Assembly (NCBI GenBank): GCA_946626215.1 | Contig: CAMOUD010000001.1 | Span: forward strand, 8,968 to 72,967 | Direction: 5' to 3' | Source: an uncultured Lachnospiraceae bacterium | GTDB lineage: Bacteria > Bacillota > Clostridia > Lachnospirales > Lachnospiraceae | Length of the DNA stretch: 64,000 nt | Part shown: piece by piece, positions 56,337 to 64,000 of the stretch | Position numbering within the stretch: position 1 is the first letter of the stretch | How the letters are laid out: each line of letters starts with the position of its first letter | Notes under the pieces: generated by a model | What the model saw: only the letters and a program-made list of their open reading frames with translations | Databases searched by the model: none | Told to the model about the DNA's origin: nothing | Made by a program: the position numbers and the translations under genes

Positions 56337-57300
56337 GGAACATAAAGAAGAAAAGAAAGAAAAAAAGGTCGTGGGCGTCCGGTTCCGGACGGCCGGCAAG
56401 ATTTACTACTTCGACCCGGGCAGCCTGGAGATCCGCAGAGGGTCCAGGGTCATCGTGGAAACGGCCCGGGGCGTGGAATTCGGCACGGTGGTGGGAGATC
56501 CCATGATCCTGCCCGAAAAGAAGATCAGCCAGCCCCTCAAGCAGGTGATCCGGCTGGCCACCGCCGACGATGAGGAAAGGGAGAAGCTCAACCGGAGCCG
56601 GGAGAAGGAAGCCTTCCGGATCTGCCAGGAAAAGATCCGCCAGCATGGTCTGGAAATGAAGCTGATCGACGCGGAATATACCTTCGACAGCAGCAAGATC
56701 CTTTTCTACTTTACGGCGGACGGCCGCGTGGATTTCCGGGACCTGGTCCGGGACCTGGCCGGGATCTTCCGCACCAGGATCGAACTCCGGCAGATCGGCG
56801 TCCGGGATGAGACCAAGATCATGGGCGGCTACGGGATCTGCGGCAGGCCCCTCTGCTGCCAGGCCTATCTGTCCGACTTTGTGCCCGTTTCCATCAAGAT
56901 GGCCAAGGAACAGAACCTGTCCCTGAATCCCACCAAGATCTCCGGCTCCTGCGGCCGCCTCATGTGCTGCCTCAAGTATGAGGAGGAGACCTACGAAGAA
57001 CTGAACAGGAACCTGCCCAAGGCCGGCGATGAGGTCAGAGCCTCCGACGGCCTGACCGGCGAGGTATCCAGCGTCAATGTCCTTCGCCAGACCGTCAGGA
57101 TCCTGGTGGAGGTGGATGACGAGAAGGAGCTTCATGAGTATCCGGTCTCCGAGCTGACCATTACCAGGAAGCGCCGCCGCGGCCAGGCCCGGGCGGCCCG
57201 CCGGGAAAAGGGCAGCAAGGAAATGAAGGAGCTCGAGCGGATGGAGCACGCCGACAGAAAGTCCGGCAAGGGCAAGGGAAAAGGAAAAAAGGATGAATGA
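56335..57300 (+). CDS. ricT: PSP1-domain protein RicT (YaaT)
   Basis: 321 aa. PSP1 domain with Cys cluster CGRPLCC..CGRLMCCLKYE. Basic Lys/Gly C-terminal tail. Confidence 0.85.
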   Translation: MEHKEEKKEKKVVGVRFRTAGKIYYFDPGSLEIRRGSRVIVETARGVEFGTVVGDPMILPEKKISQPLKQVIRLATADDEEREKLNRSREKEAFRICQEKIRQHGLEMKLIDAEYTFDSSKILFYFTADGRVDFRDLVRDLAGIFRTRIELRQIGVRDETKIMGGYGICGRPLCCQAYLSDFVPVSIKMAKEQNLSLNPTKISGSCGRLMCCLKYEEETYEELNRNLPKAGDEVRASDGLTGEVSSVNVLRQTVRILVEVDDEKELHEYPVSELTITRKRRRGQARAARREKGSKEMKELERMEHADRKSGKGKGKGKKDE

Positions 57301-58060
57301 GGCTGAGGCCCGCCGGGCAGGCCTTCTGAAGGACCATGAGAGGCTGGACGACCTCCAGCGGGGCGGTCTCTTCATCATTCAGGATCCGGCTTCCTTCTGC
57401 TTCGGCATGGACGCGGTCCTTCTGTCCGCCTATGTGGATCCGGCCTCCCGGGGCCGGGCCCTGGACCTGGGAACAGGGACCGGGATCATTCCCCTCCTGC
57501 TGTCCGACCGGACGGACCTGTCCTTCCTGGCAGGCCTGGAGATCCAGCCGGAAAGCGCCGGCAGGGCCGGGCGGAGCGTCAGGCTCAACGGCCTGGAGGA
57601 CAGGATCCGGATCATAGAGGGTGATATCAAGGAAGCAGACCAGATCTTTCCGGCTGCTTCCTTTGACGTCGTGACCTCCAATCCCCCCTACATGATCGGA
57701 GGGCACGGCCTGCCGGGGGCCAGGAGGGACCTGTATATCGCCAGGCATGAGGCCCTCTGCGGCTTTGAGGACGTGGCCCGGGCCGCGGCCCTCCTTCTGA
57801 AGCCCTCCGGCCATTTTTATCTGGTCCACCGCCCTTTTCGCCTGGCGGAGGTCATCACGACCCTCTGCCGCCTGCATCTGGAGCCCAAGCGGATGCGCCT
57901 GGTCCATCCCTTCGCGGACAGGGAGCCGAACATGGTCCTCCTGGACTGCGTCCGGGGCGGCAGGCCCCGCCTGCAGGCGGAAAAGCCCCTGATCGTCTAT
58001 GAGGAGCCGGGCGTCTATACCCGGGAGATCCTGGAAATCTACGGCATGCGGAAAGCCTGA
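57293..58060 (+). CDS. tRNA (adenine-N6)-methyltransferase-like SAM methyltransferase (YabB/TrmN6 family)
   Basis: LDLGTGTGI SAM motif and NPPY motif. 8-nt overlap with ricT. Confidence 0.75.
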   Translation: MNEAEARRAGLLKDHERLDDLQRGGLFIIQDPASFCFGMDAVLLSAYVDPASRGRALDLGTGTGIIPLLLSDRTDLSFLAGLEIQPESAGRAGRSVRLNGLEDRIRIIEGDIKEADQIFPAASFDVVTSNPPYMIGGHGLPGARRDLYIARHEALCGFEDVARAAALLLKPSGHFYLVHRPFRLAEVITTLCRLHLEPKRMRLVHPFADREPNMVLLDCVRGGRPRLQAEKPLIVYEEPGVYTREILEIYGMRKA

Positions 58061-58073
58061 GAGAGAAAAGACT

Positions 58074-58943
58074 ATGACAGGAAAACTTTATCTGGTGGCT
58101 ACGCCCATCGGGAACCTGGGAGACATGACCCCCAGGGCCATAGAGGCCCTGCGGGAGGCGGACCTGATCGCCGCGGAGGATACCAGGACCAGCCTTCCCC
58201 TTCTGGCCCGGTTCGAGATCCGGAAGCCCATGACCAGCTACCATGAATACAACAAATATGAAAAGACGGAGGTCCTGATCGGCCGCCTCCTGAAAGGGGA
58301 GAAGATCGCCCTGATCACGGACGCCGGCACCCCGGCCATTTCGGACCCGGGCCAGATCCTGGCGGCCCGCTGCCTGGAGGAGGGGATCCCCGTGACCTCC
58401 CTTCCCGGCGCCTGCGCCCTGATCACGGCCCTGACCATGTCCGGCCTTCCCTCCAGGCGCTTCTGCTTTGAGGGCTTCCTGCCCTCCGAAAAGGAAGGCA
58501 AGAGCAAAAAGGAAAGAAAGCGGGTCCTGGACCAGCTCCGGCGGGAGGAGAGGACCATGATCCTCTACGAGGCCCCCCACCGGCTCCGGTCCACCTTAAA
58601 GGAACTGGAGGCTGTCCTGGGAGGGGGCCGCCGCCTGACCCTCTGCCGGGAGCTGACCAAGAAATATGAGGAGGCCCTGCCCATGACCATCGGAGGGGCC
58701 ATTTCCTACTATGAGGAAAGAGAGCCCCGGGGCGAGTATGTCCTGGTCATCGAAGGAGCGGATCCGGGAGCCCTGGAGGAGGAGGCCCGCAGGTCCTTCG
58801 ACAGCCTGTCCATACCGGACCATCTGCGGACCTACCTGGACCAGGGCCTTCCGGAAAAGGAGGCCATGAAGAAGGTGGCGGCCGACCGGGGCATCTCCAG
58901 AAGGGACGTCTACCGGGCCATCCATGTGGAAAACAGGGAATAA
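58074..58943 (+). CDS. rsmI: 16S rRNA (cytidine1402-2'-O)-methyltransferase
   Basis: MTGKLYLVATPIGNLGDMTPRA and AEDTR are typical of the tetrapyrrole-methylase-fold RsmI. Confidence 0.9.
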   Translation: MTGKLYLVATPIGNLGDMTPRAIEALREADLIAAEDTRTSLPLLARFEIRKPMTSYHEYNKYEKTEVLIGRLLKGEKIALITDAGTPAISDPGQILAARCLEEGIPVTSLPGACALITALTMSGLPSRRFCFEGFLPSEKEGKSKKERKRVLDQLRREERTMILYEAPHRLRSTLKELEAVLGGGRRLTLCRELTKKYEEALPMTIGGAISYYEEREPRGEYVLVIEGADPGALEEEARRSFDSLSIPDHLRTYLDQGLPEKEAMKKVAADRGISRRDVYRAIHVENRE

Positions 58944-59079
58944 GGGGCACTTTGCACAGGAAAGACCAATTTTCTTCAGAGAATCTGGAAGTATTTCGGA
59001 CTTGTTTATACGTCCGCTTCTGGTATAGTGGACGCAGACAGAAGGCAGAAGGAGCCGCTGAGGCGGCGGGAAGGACAGC

Positions 59080-59742
59080 ATGAAGAACATTTTATCGCCC
59101 TCTATACTTTCAGCAGATCTGGGAAATCTGGCGGCGGACATCCGGGAAACAGACCGGGCCGGCGTTCCCTTCGTCCACATCGACGTCATGGACGGCGTCT
59201 TTGTGCCGCAGATCTCCTTCGGCATGCCCCTGATCCGGAGCATCCGGCCCTGTACCGGCCAGGTCTTTGACGTTCATCTGATGGTCATCGACCCCGAGCG
59301 GTATATCCGGGAGTTCTCGGACTGCGGCAGCGATATCATCACCTTCCATCTGGAAGCGACAAAGGACCCCGCGGAGTGCTTCAGGCTGATCCGGGAATGC
59401 GGCAGGAAGGCAGGCATTTCCATCAAGCCCGGCACCCCCTTCGAGGAGGTCATTCCCTGGCTGGACCAGGCGGACATGCTCCTTGTCATGACCGTGGAGC
59501 CCGGCTTCGGCGGCCAGAAGCTGATGCCCGATACCCTGGACAAGGTCCGGGAGGCCAGGGCCTGGATGGAGGCCCATGACGCCCATATCGACATCCAGGC
59601 GGACGGCGGCATCAAGCTTTCCAACGTAAGAGAGGTCCTGGCGGCCGGAGCCAATGTCATTGTGGCCGGCAGCGCCGTCTACAGCGGCGGTATCTATGAG
59701 AACTGCAGGGCCTTTGAGGAGGTCCTGGAGGAGGCCCTGTAA
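59080..59742 (+). CDS. rpe: Ribulose-phosphate 3-epimerase
   Basis: 220 aa. PSILSAD, HIDVMDG, VEPGFGGQ. Confidence 0.95.
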   Translation: MKNILSPSILSADLGNLAADIRETDRAGVPFVHIDVMDGVFVPQISFGMPLIRSIRPCTGQVFDVHLMVIDPERYIREFSDCGSDIITFHLEATKDPAECFRLIRECGRKAGISIKPGTPFEEVIPWLDQADMLLVMTVEPGFGGQKLMPDTLDKVREARAWMEAHDAHIDIQADGGIKLSNVREVLAAGANVIVAGSAVYSGGIYENCRAFEEVLEEAL

Positions 59743-59928
59743 GGCCCGCTTCAGGGACCGGAAGGACGAAAGAGGACAGACATGAGGAGGACGGTCTCCT
59801 GTATGCCCCGGAAAAGGAGGGGCGGCAGGCGGCGGTCCTCTTTTTCCTCCTGCCCCCCGGGGCTGGCGGAAGGGGCGGGAAAGAGGTATACTATAAAGTT
59901 AGAGGATTCTAACCAAAGGCCGCCTGTC

Positions 59929-59957
59929 TTGACATTTGGCGGGCGAACTTTCATACT
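59929..59957 (+). promoter_or_regulatory. Promoter of map
   Basis: TTGACA (59929-59934), 17-nt spacer, CATACT (59952-59957). Confidence 0.55.
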
Positions 59958-60026
59958 ATTAATTTGTACACCCGTGTGACGGGGCCCCGGCCCCGGGACG
60001 GATGAATCTGGAAAAGAGGATGTTTT

Positions 60027-60911
60027 ATGCGCAATACCATGCCTAAAATCGAGCGGAACGCCCCCTGCTGGTGCGGGAGCGGCAGGAAATACAAGACCTG
60101 CCACATGGGGTTCGACGAAAAGATCCGCAAATTCGAACTGGAGGGACACATCGTGCCCGACAGGAGCCTGATCAAGACCCCCGAGCAGATCGAGGGGATC
60201 CGGAAGAGCTCCGTGATCAACCGGGCCTGCCTGGACGCGGTCGCCGAGGCGATCCATGCCGGCATGACGACCCAGGAGATCGACGATATCGTCTATCAGA
60301 CCACCGTCAGCATGGGCGGGATCCCCGCGCCCCTTCACTATGAGGGCTATCCCAAAAGCGTCTGCACCTCCATCAATGAGGAGGTCTGCCACGGCATCCC
60401 GGATGACAGGCACATCCTGAAGGACGGGGACATCATCAACGTAGACTGCTCTACGATCCTCAACGGCTATTTCTCGGACTCCTCCCGCATGTTCTGCATC
60501 GGCGACGTGTCTCCGGAAAAGAGACGGCTGGTGGAGGTCACGAAGGAGTGCGTCGAGCTTGGCCTGAAGGAGGTCCGCCCCTGGCGCTTCCTGGGCGATA
60601 TGGCCGACGCGGTCCACAGGCACGCCGTGGAGAACGGCTATACGGTGGTCCGGGAGATCGGAGGCCACGGCATCGGACTGGAGTTCCACGAGGACCCCTT
60701 CGTCAGCTTCGTATCCAAGCCCGGTACGGAGATGCTCATGGTCCCTGGCCTGTGCTTCACCATCGAGCCCATGGTCAACATGGGGACAGACCGGATCTAT
60801 GAGGATGAAAAGAATGGCTGGACCATCTATACGGCGGACGGCAAGCCCTCCGCCCAGTGGGAGATCCAGCTGGTCGTGACCGAGACCGGAGCGGAGGTCC
60901 TGACCTGGTAA
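60027..60911 (+). CDS. map: Type I methionine aminopeptidase with N-terminal SEC-C zinc motif
   Basis: PCWCGSGRKYKTCH followed by the MetAP core (HGIPD, DCS, GHGIG, EP). Confidence 0.9.
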   Translation: MRNTMPKIERNAPCWCGSGRKYKTCHMGFDEKIRKFELEGHIVPDRSLIKTPEQIEGIRKSSVINRACLDAVAEAIHAGMTTQEIDDIVYQTTVSMGGIPAPLHYEGYPKSVCTSINEEVCHGIPDDRHILKDGDIINVDCSTILNGYFSDSSRMFCIGDVSPEKRRLVEVTKECVELGLKEVRPWRFLGDMADAVHRHAVENGYTVVREIGGHGIGLEFHEDPFVSFVSKPGTEMLMVPGLCFTIEPMVNMGTDRIYEDEKNGWTIYTADGKPSAQWEIQLVVTETGAEVLTW

Positions 60912-60954
60912 CATAAGGCGGTCCCGTCCTGTACGGGCAAGGAGAGGAAAGACA

Positions 60955-62985
60955 ATGCAGAATAAAGGGAAATACTATATTACAACAGCCATCGCCTATA
61001 CATCGGGCAAGCCCCATATCGGCAACAGCTATGAGATCGTCCTGGCAGACGCCATCGCCAGATATAAGAGAGCGGACGGCTATGACGTCCACTTCCAGAC
61101 CGGTTCCGACGAGCACGGCCAGAAGATCGAGCAGAGGGCCCACAGGGCCGGCATGACCCCCAGGCAGTTCGTCGACAGGAACGCGGCCGAGATCAAAAGG
61201 CTCTGGGACCTGATGGATACCTCCTATGACCGCTTTATCCGGACCACGGACGAGGACCATGAGAAACAGGTCCAGAAGATCTTCCGCAGGCTCTATGAGC
61301 AGGGCGATATCTACAAGGGCTATTATGAGGGCCTCTACTGTACGGAATGCGAAGCCTTCTATACGGCCTCCCAGGTCTCCGGCGGGGACACCTGCCCGGT
61401 CTGCGGCAGCAAGGTCCATCCCGCCAGGGAGGAGGCCTATTTCTTCAAAATGAAGAAGTACGCCGACCGCCTGATCGAGCATATCAATACCCATCCCGAG
61501 TTCATCCAGCCCGTTTCCCGCAAGAACGAGATGATGAACAACTTCCTCCTGCCCGGCCTGCAGGACCTCTGCGTCTCCAGAACCTCCTTCAAGTGGGGGA
61601 TCCCCGTGGACTTCGATCCCGGCCATGTGGTCTATGTATGGCTGGACGCCCTGACCAACTATATCACCGGCATCGGCTACGACGCGGACGGCCATTCCAG
61701 CGACCTTTATAAGAAGAACTGGCCCGCCGACCTGCACCTGATCGGCAAGGACATCATCCGCTTCCATACCATCTACTGGCCCATCTTCCTGATGGCCCTG
61801 GGCGAGCCCCTGCCCAAGCAGGTCTTCGGCCATCCCTGGCTGCTCCAGGGCGGCGAGAAGATGTCCAAGACCAAGGGCAACGTCATCTACGCGGACGACC
61901 TGGTGGACATCTTCGGCGTGGACGCCACAAGGTACTTCGTGGTCCACGAGATGCCCTATGAGAACGACGGCGTCATTACCTGGGAGCTGGTGGCGGAGCG
62001 CGTCAACACCGACCTGGCCAACACCTTCGGGAACCTGGTCAACCGGACCCTGTCCATGACCAACAAATACTTCGGCGGCATCGTCGAGGACCGCGGCGCG
62101 GCGGAGCCCGTGGACGAGGACCTCAAGGCTGTGGTCACGGCCGCCTATGACAAGGTCGAGGGGAAGATGGACGAGCTCCGGGCAGCCGACGCTCTGACAG
62201 AGATCTTCTCCGTCTACAAGAGGCTCAACAAGTATATCGACGAGACGGAGCCCTGGATCCTGGCCCGGGATCCCGAAAAGAAGGACCGCCTGGCCACCGT
62301 CCTCTACAACCTGTCCGAGGGCATCCTCATGGCTACCTCTCTGGCAGCCCCCTTCATGCCCAGGTCCGCCGCAAAGGTCGCCGAGATGTTCCGCACAGAC
62401 CTGCGCGATTTCGATACCCTGGGGACCTTCGGCCTCTATCCCTCCGGGACAAAGGTCACCGAAAAGCCCGAGATCCTCTTTGCCCGTCTGGACAAGAAGG
62501 AGGTCATGGCCAAGGTAGAGGTCATCATGGAGAAGCAGAGGGCCACCGCGGCAGCGGAAGCGGCCGCCGACGCGGCAGCTGAGGCAGCGGCAGCGGGCGC
62601 CCCCGCCCGGAAGGCCGCTCCGGCTGAAGAAGCCCCTGCGGAGCCCTCCGGAGAAAAGGGCCTGGTCACCATCGATGATTTCGCCAGGCTGACCTTCCGG
62701 GTCGGCGAGATCGTGGCCTGCGAGAAGGTCAAAAAGTCCAAGAAGCTCCTCTGCTCCCAGGTGAAGATCGGCGAAGAGACCCGGCAGATCCTGTCCGGCA
62801 TCGCCAAGTTCTATACCCCTGAGGAAATGGTGGGCAAGAAGGTCATGGTCATCACCAACCTGAAGCCCGCGAAGCTGGCAGGCATGGAGTCCCAGGGCAT
62901 GATCCTCTGCGCCGAGGACGCGGAGGGCAGAGTGGTCCTGATGACCCCGGAAAAGGACGTTCCGGCAGGCTCCGAGATCTGCTGA
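60955..62985 (+). CDS. metG: Methionine--tRNA ligase with C-terminal tRNA-binding (Trbp111-like) domain
   Basis: HIGN (HIGH) motif, zinc knuckle CTECEAFY..CPVCGS, KMSKT. Ala/Glu-rich linker, then the OB-fold tail. Confidence 0.95.
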   Translation: MQNKGKYYITTAIAYTSGKPHIGNSYEIVLADAIARYKRADGYDVHFQTGSDEHGQKIEQRAHRAGMTPRQFVDRNAAEIKRLWDLMDTSYDRFIRTTDEDHEKQVQKIFRRLYEQGDIYKGYYEGLYCTECEAFYTASQVSGGDTCPVCGSKVHPAREEAYFFKMKKYADRLIEHINTHPEFIQPVSRKNEMMNNFLLPGLQDLCVSRTSFKWGIPVDFDPGHVVYVWLDALTNYITGIGYDADGHSSDLYKKNWPADLHLIGKDIIRFHTIYWPIFLMALGEPLPKQVFGHPWLLQGGEKMSKTKGNVIYADDLVDIFGVDATRYFVVHEMPYENDGVITWELVAERVNTDLANTFGNLVNRTLSMTNKYFGGIVEDRGAAEPVDEDLKAVVTAAYDKVEGKMDELRAADALTEIFSVYKRLNKYIDETEPWILARDPEKKDRLATVLYNLSEGILMATSLAAPFMPRSAAKVAEMFRTDLRDFDTLGTFGLYPSGTKVTEKPEILFARLDKKEVMAKVEVIMEKQRATAAAEAAADAAAEAAAAGAPARKAAPAEEAPAEPSGEKGLVTIDDFARLTFRVGEIVACEKVKKSKKLLCSQVKIGEETRQILSGIAKFYTPEEMVGKKVMVITNLKPAKLAGMESQGMILCAEDAEGRVVLMTPEKDVPAGSEIC

Positions 62986-63021
62986 TCCCTGCGCCTGTAC
63001 AAGGTGCCCAATAGAATTCAG

Positions 63022-63057
63022 AAAAACCTGTTCAACTTTTTTTGAACAGGTTTTTTT
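63022..63057 (+). terminator. Rho-independent terminator after metG
   Basis: AAAAACCTGTTCAA/TTGAACAGGTTTTT stem with a T-run. Confidence 0.85.
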
Positions 63058-63223
63058 GTTGGAAAAATGACGGGCCCTTCCCAAAAAGCCGGGAAAAGCT
63101 TTTGGTGAAACTGGGCATGGGCAGACGGGCTTTTTTTCCCTATACTGGTACCTGAAGTAAAAAGGGACCGGGTGCGCAATCCGGGAAGTGATCTATTTAG
63201 AATATTTAGAAAGGGAGAGCAAA

Positions 63224-64000
63224 ATGGCAAGCTTATCACTGAAAGATATCTGCAAGGTCTATCCGAATGGATTCCAGGCAGTCAAGAACTTCAACATGGA
63301 AATCGAAGACAAAGAGTTCATCATCTTTGTAGGCCCTTCCGGATGCGGAAAGTCCACCACCCTTCGTATGATCGCAGGCCTTGAGGACATCTCCTCCGGC
63401 GAATTCAGGATCGACGGCGTTCTGATGAACGATGTTGAGCCCAAGGACAGAGATATCGCCATGGTCTTCCAGAACTATGCGCTGTATCCCCACATGACCG
63501 TTTATGACAACATGGCATTCGGTCTTAAGCTCCGCAAGGTCCCGAAGGATGAGATCGACAAGGCCGTCAGAGAGGCTGCCAAGATCCTCGACCTGACCCA
63601 GCTCCTTGACCGTAAGCCGAAGGCTCTTTCCGGCGGCCAGAGACAGCGTGTCGCCATGGGCCGTGCGATCGTCAGAAGCCCCAAGGTATTCCTGATGGAC
63701 GAGCCTCTTTCCAACCTGGACGCCAAGCTCCGTGTACAGATGCGTACCGAGATCGCCAAGCTCCACCAGAGACTGGGCACCACCATCATCTACGTTACCC
63801 ATGACCAGACCGAGGCTATGACCCTGGGCTCCAGGATCGTCGTTATGAAGGACGGCATTGTCCAGCAGATCGATTCCCCTCAGAACCTCTATGACAACCC
63901 GGCCAACCTCTTCGTAGCAGGCTTCATGGGCTCCCCTCAGATGAACTTCATCGAGGCAAAGGTCAAGGTCAGTGGCCAGAGCGCTTCCCTCCTCATCGAG
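63224..64000 (+). CDS. Sugar ABC transporter ATP-binding protein (MsmX/MalK/UgpC-like), 3'-truncated by the window edge
   Basis: Not in the ORF track because it has no stop in the window. ATG at 63224 after [43 protein letters not shown]. In frame to base 64000. Confidence 0.85.
   Translation, partial: MASLSLKDICKVYPNGFQAVKNFNMEIEDKEFIIFVGPSGCGKSTTLRMIAGLEDISSGEFRIDGVLMNDVEPKDRDIAMVFQNYALYPHMTVYDNMAFGLKLRKVPKDEIDKAVREAAKILDLTQLLDRKPKALSGGQRQRVAMGRAIVRSPKVFLMDEPLSNLDAKLRVQMRTEIAKLHQRLGTTIIYVTHDQTEAMTLGSRIVVMKDGIVQQIDSPQNLYDNPANLFVAGFMGSPQMNFIEAKVKVSGQSASLLIE

Noticed and set aside
59743-60026. The 284-nt rpe-map spacer: a 65-aa Arg-rich ORF (59782-59979) and two small hairpins (GTTAGAGGATTCTAAC, and GCCGCC...GGCGGG around the -35) that could hint at a small RNA.
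   Set aside because: The ORF has no RBS and an implausible composition. The hairpins are short and overlap an ordinary TTGACA-17-CATACT promoter for map. I see no terminator-like end to define an sRNA.
1-64000. CRISPR arrays, IS elements, prophage or defence-island content.
   Set aside because: I found no spaced direct-repeat arrays, no transposase, integrase or recombinase-like ORFs, and no cluster of unrecognisable genes larger than two.

Overview
The window is a visibly GC-rich stretch of chromosome (third codon positions are mostly G/C; I did not compute a value) from a Bacillota, Clostridia-like organism. I call about 54 protein genes and one tRNA. All but two genes (fba, murG) lie on the + strand, and most are separated by fewer than 55 nt.

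The content is overwhelmingly housekeeping:
- RNA and tRNA metabolism: RNase J, a TrmR/TrhP tRNA-modification pair, ProRS, CCA-adding enzyme, TilS, RsmI, MetRS.
- Nitrogen and ion balance: type III glutamine synthetase, TrkAH, an alanine/glycine symporter.
- Division and envelope: FtsEX-CtpA, DivIC, FtsH, MurG.
- DNA repair and replication: UvrBA behind a LexA-box promoter, RecD2-ComFC, HolB-RicT-YabB, HU.
- c-di-AMP: CdaA-CdaR.
- Carbon metabolism: two GH13 enzymes, a LacI regulator, a sucrose-type PTS EIIBCA with HPr and Enzyme I, Fba, Pyk, Rpe.

Gene order mirrors the origin-proximal B. subtilis blocks (yabO-divIC-tilS-hprT-ftsH and holB-yaaT-yabB-rsmI-metS), but the sporulation genes of those blocks are absent. 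I see no transposase, integrase, prophage, CRISPR array or recognisable defence island, so I cannot point to a clear-cut novel system.

The most unusual item is a full-length LeuA (2-isopropylmalate synthase) homologue. Every catalytic signature I can align is substituted, while the C-terminal regulatory domain looks intact. It sits directly after cdaA-cdaR, in the slot normally held by glmM, and directly before proS.

Secondary oddities:
- two uncharacterised membrane proteins coupled between comFC and cdaA;
- an SPFH/YdjI-like protein ending in three tandem zinc ribbons;
- an amylosucrase-family enzyme with an 83-residue Lys/Ala/Pro histone-H1-like tail;
- an HPr with His15 but Lys at position 46;
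- an MltG remnant lacking its catalytic half.

All functional calls rest on motif recognition by eye. No searches were run.
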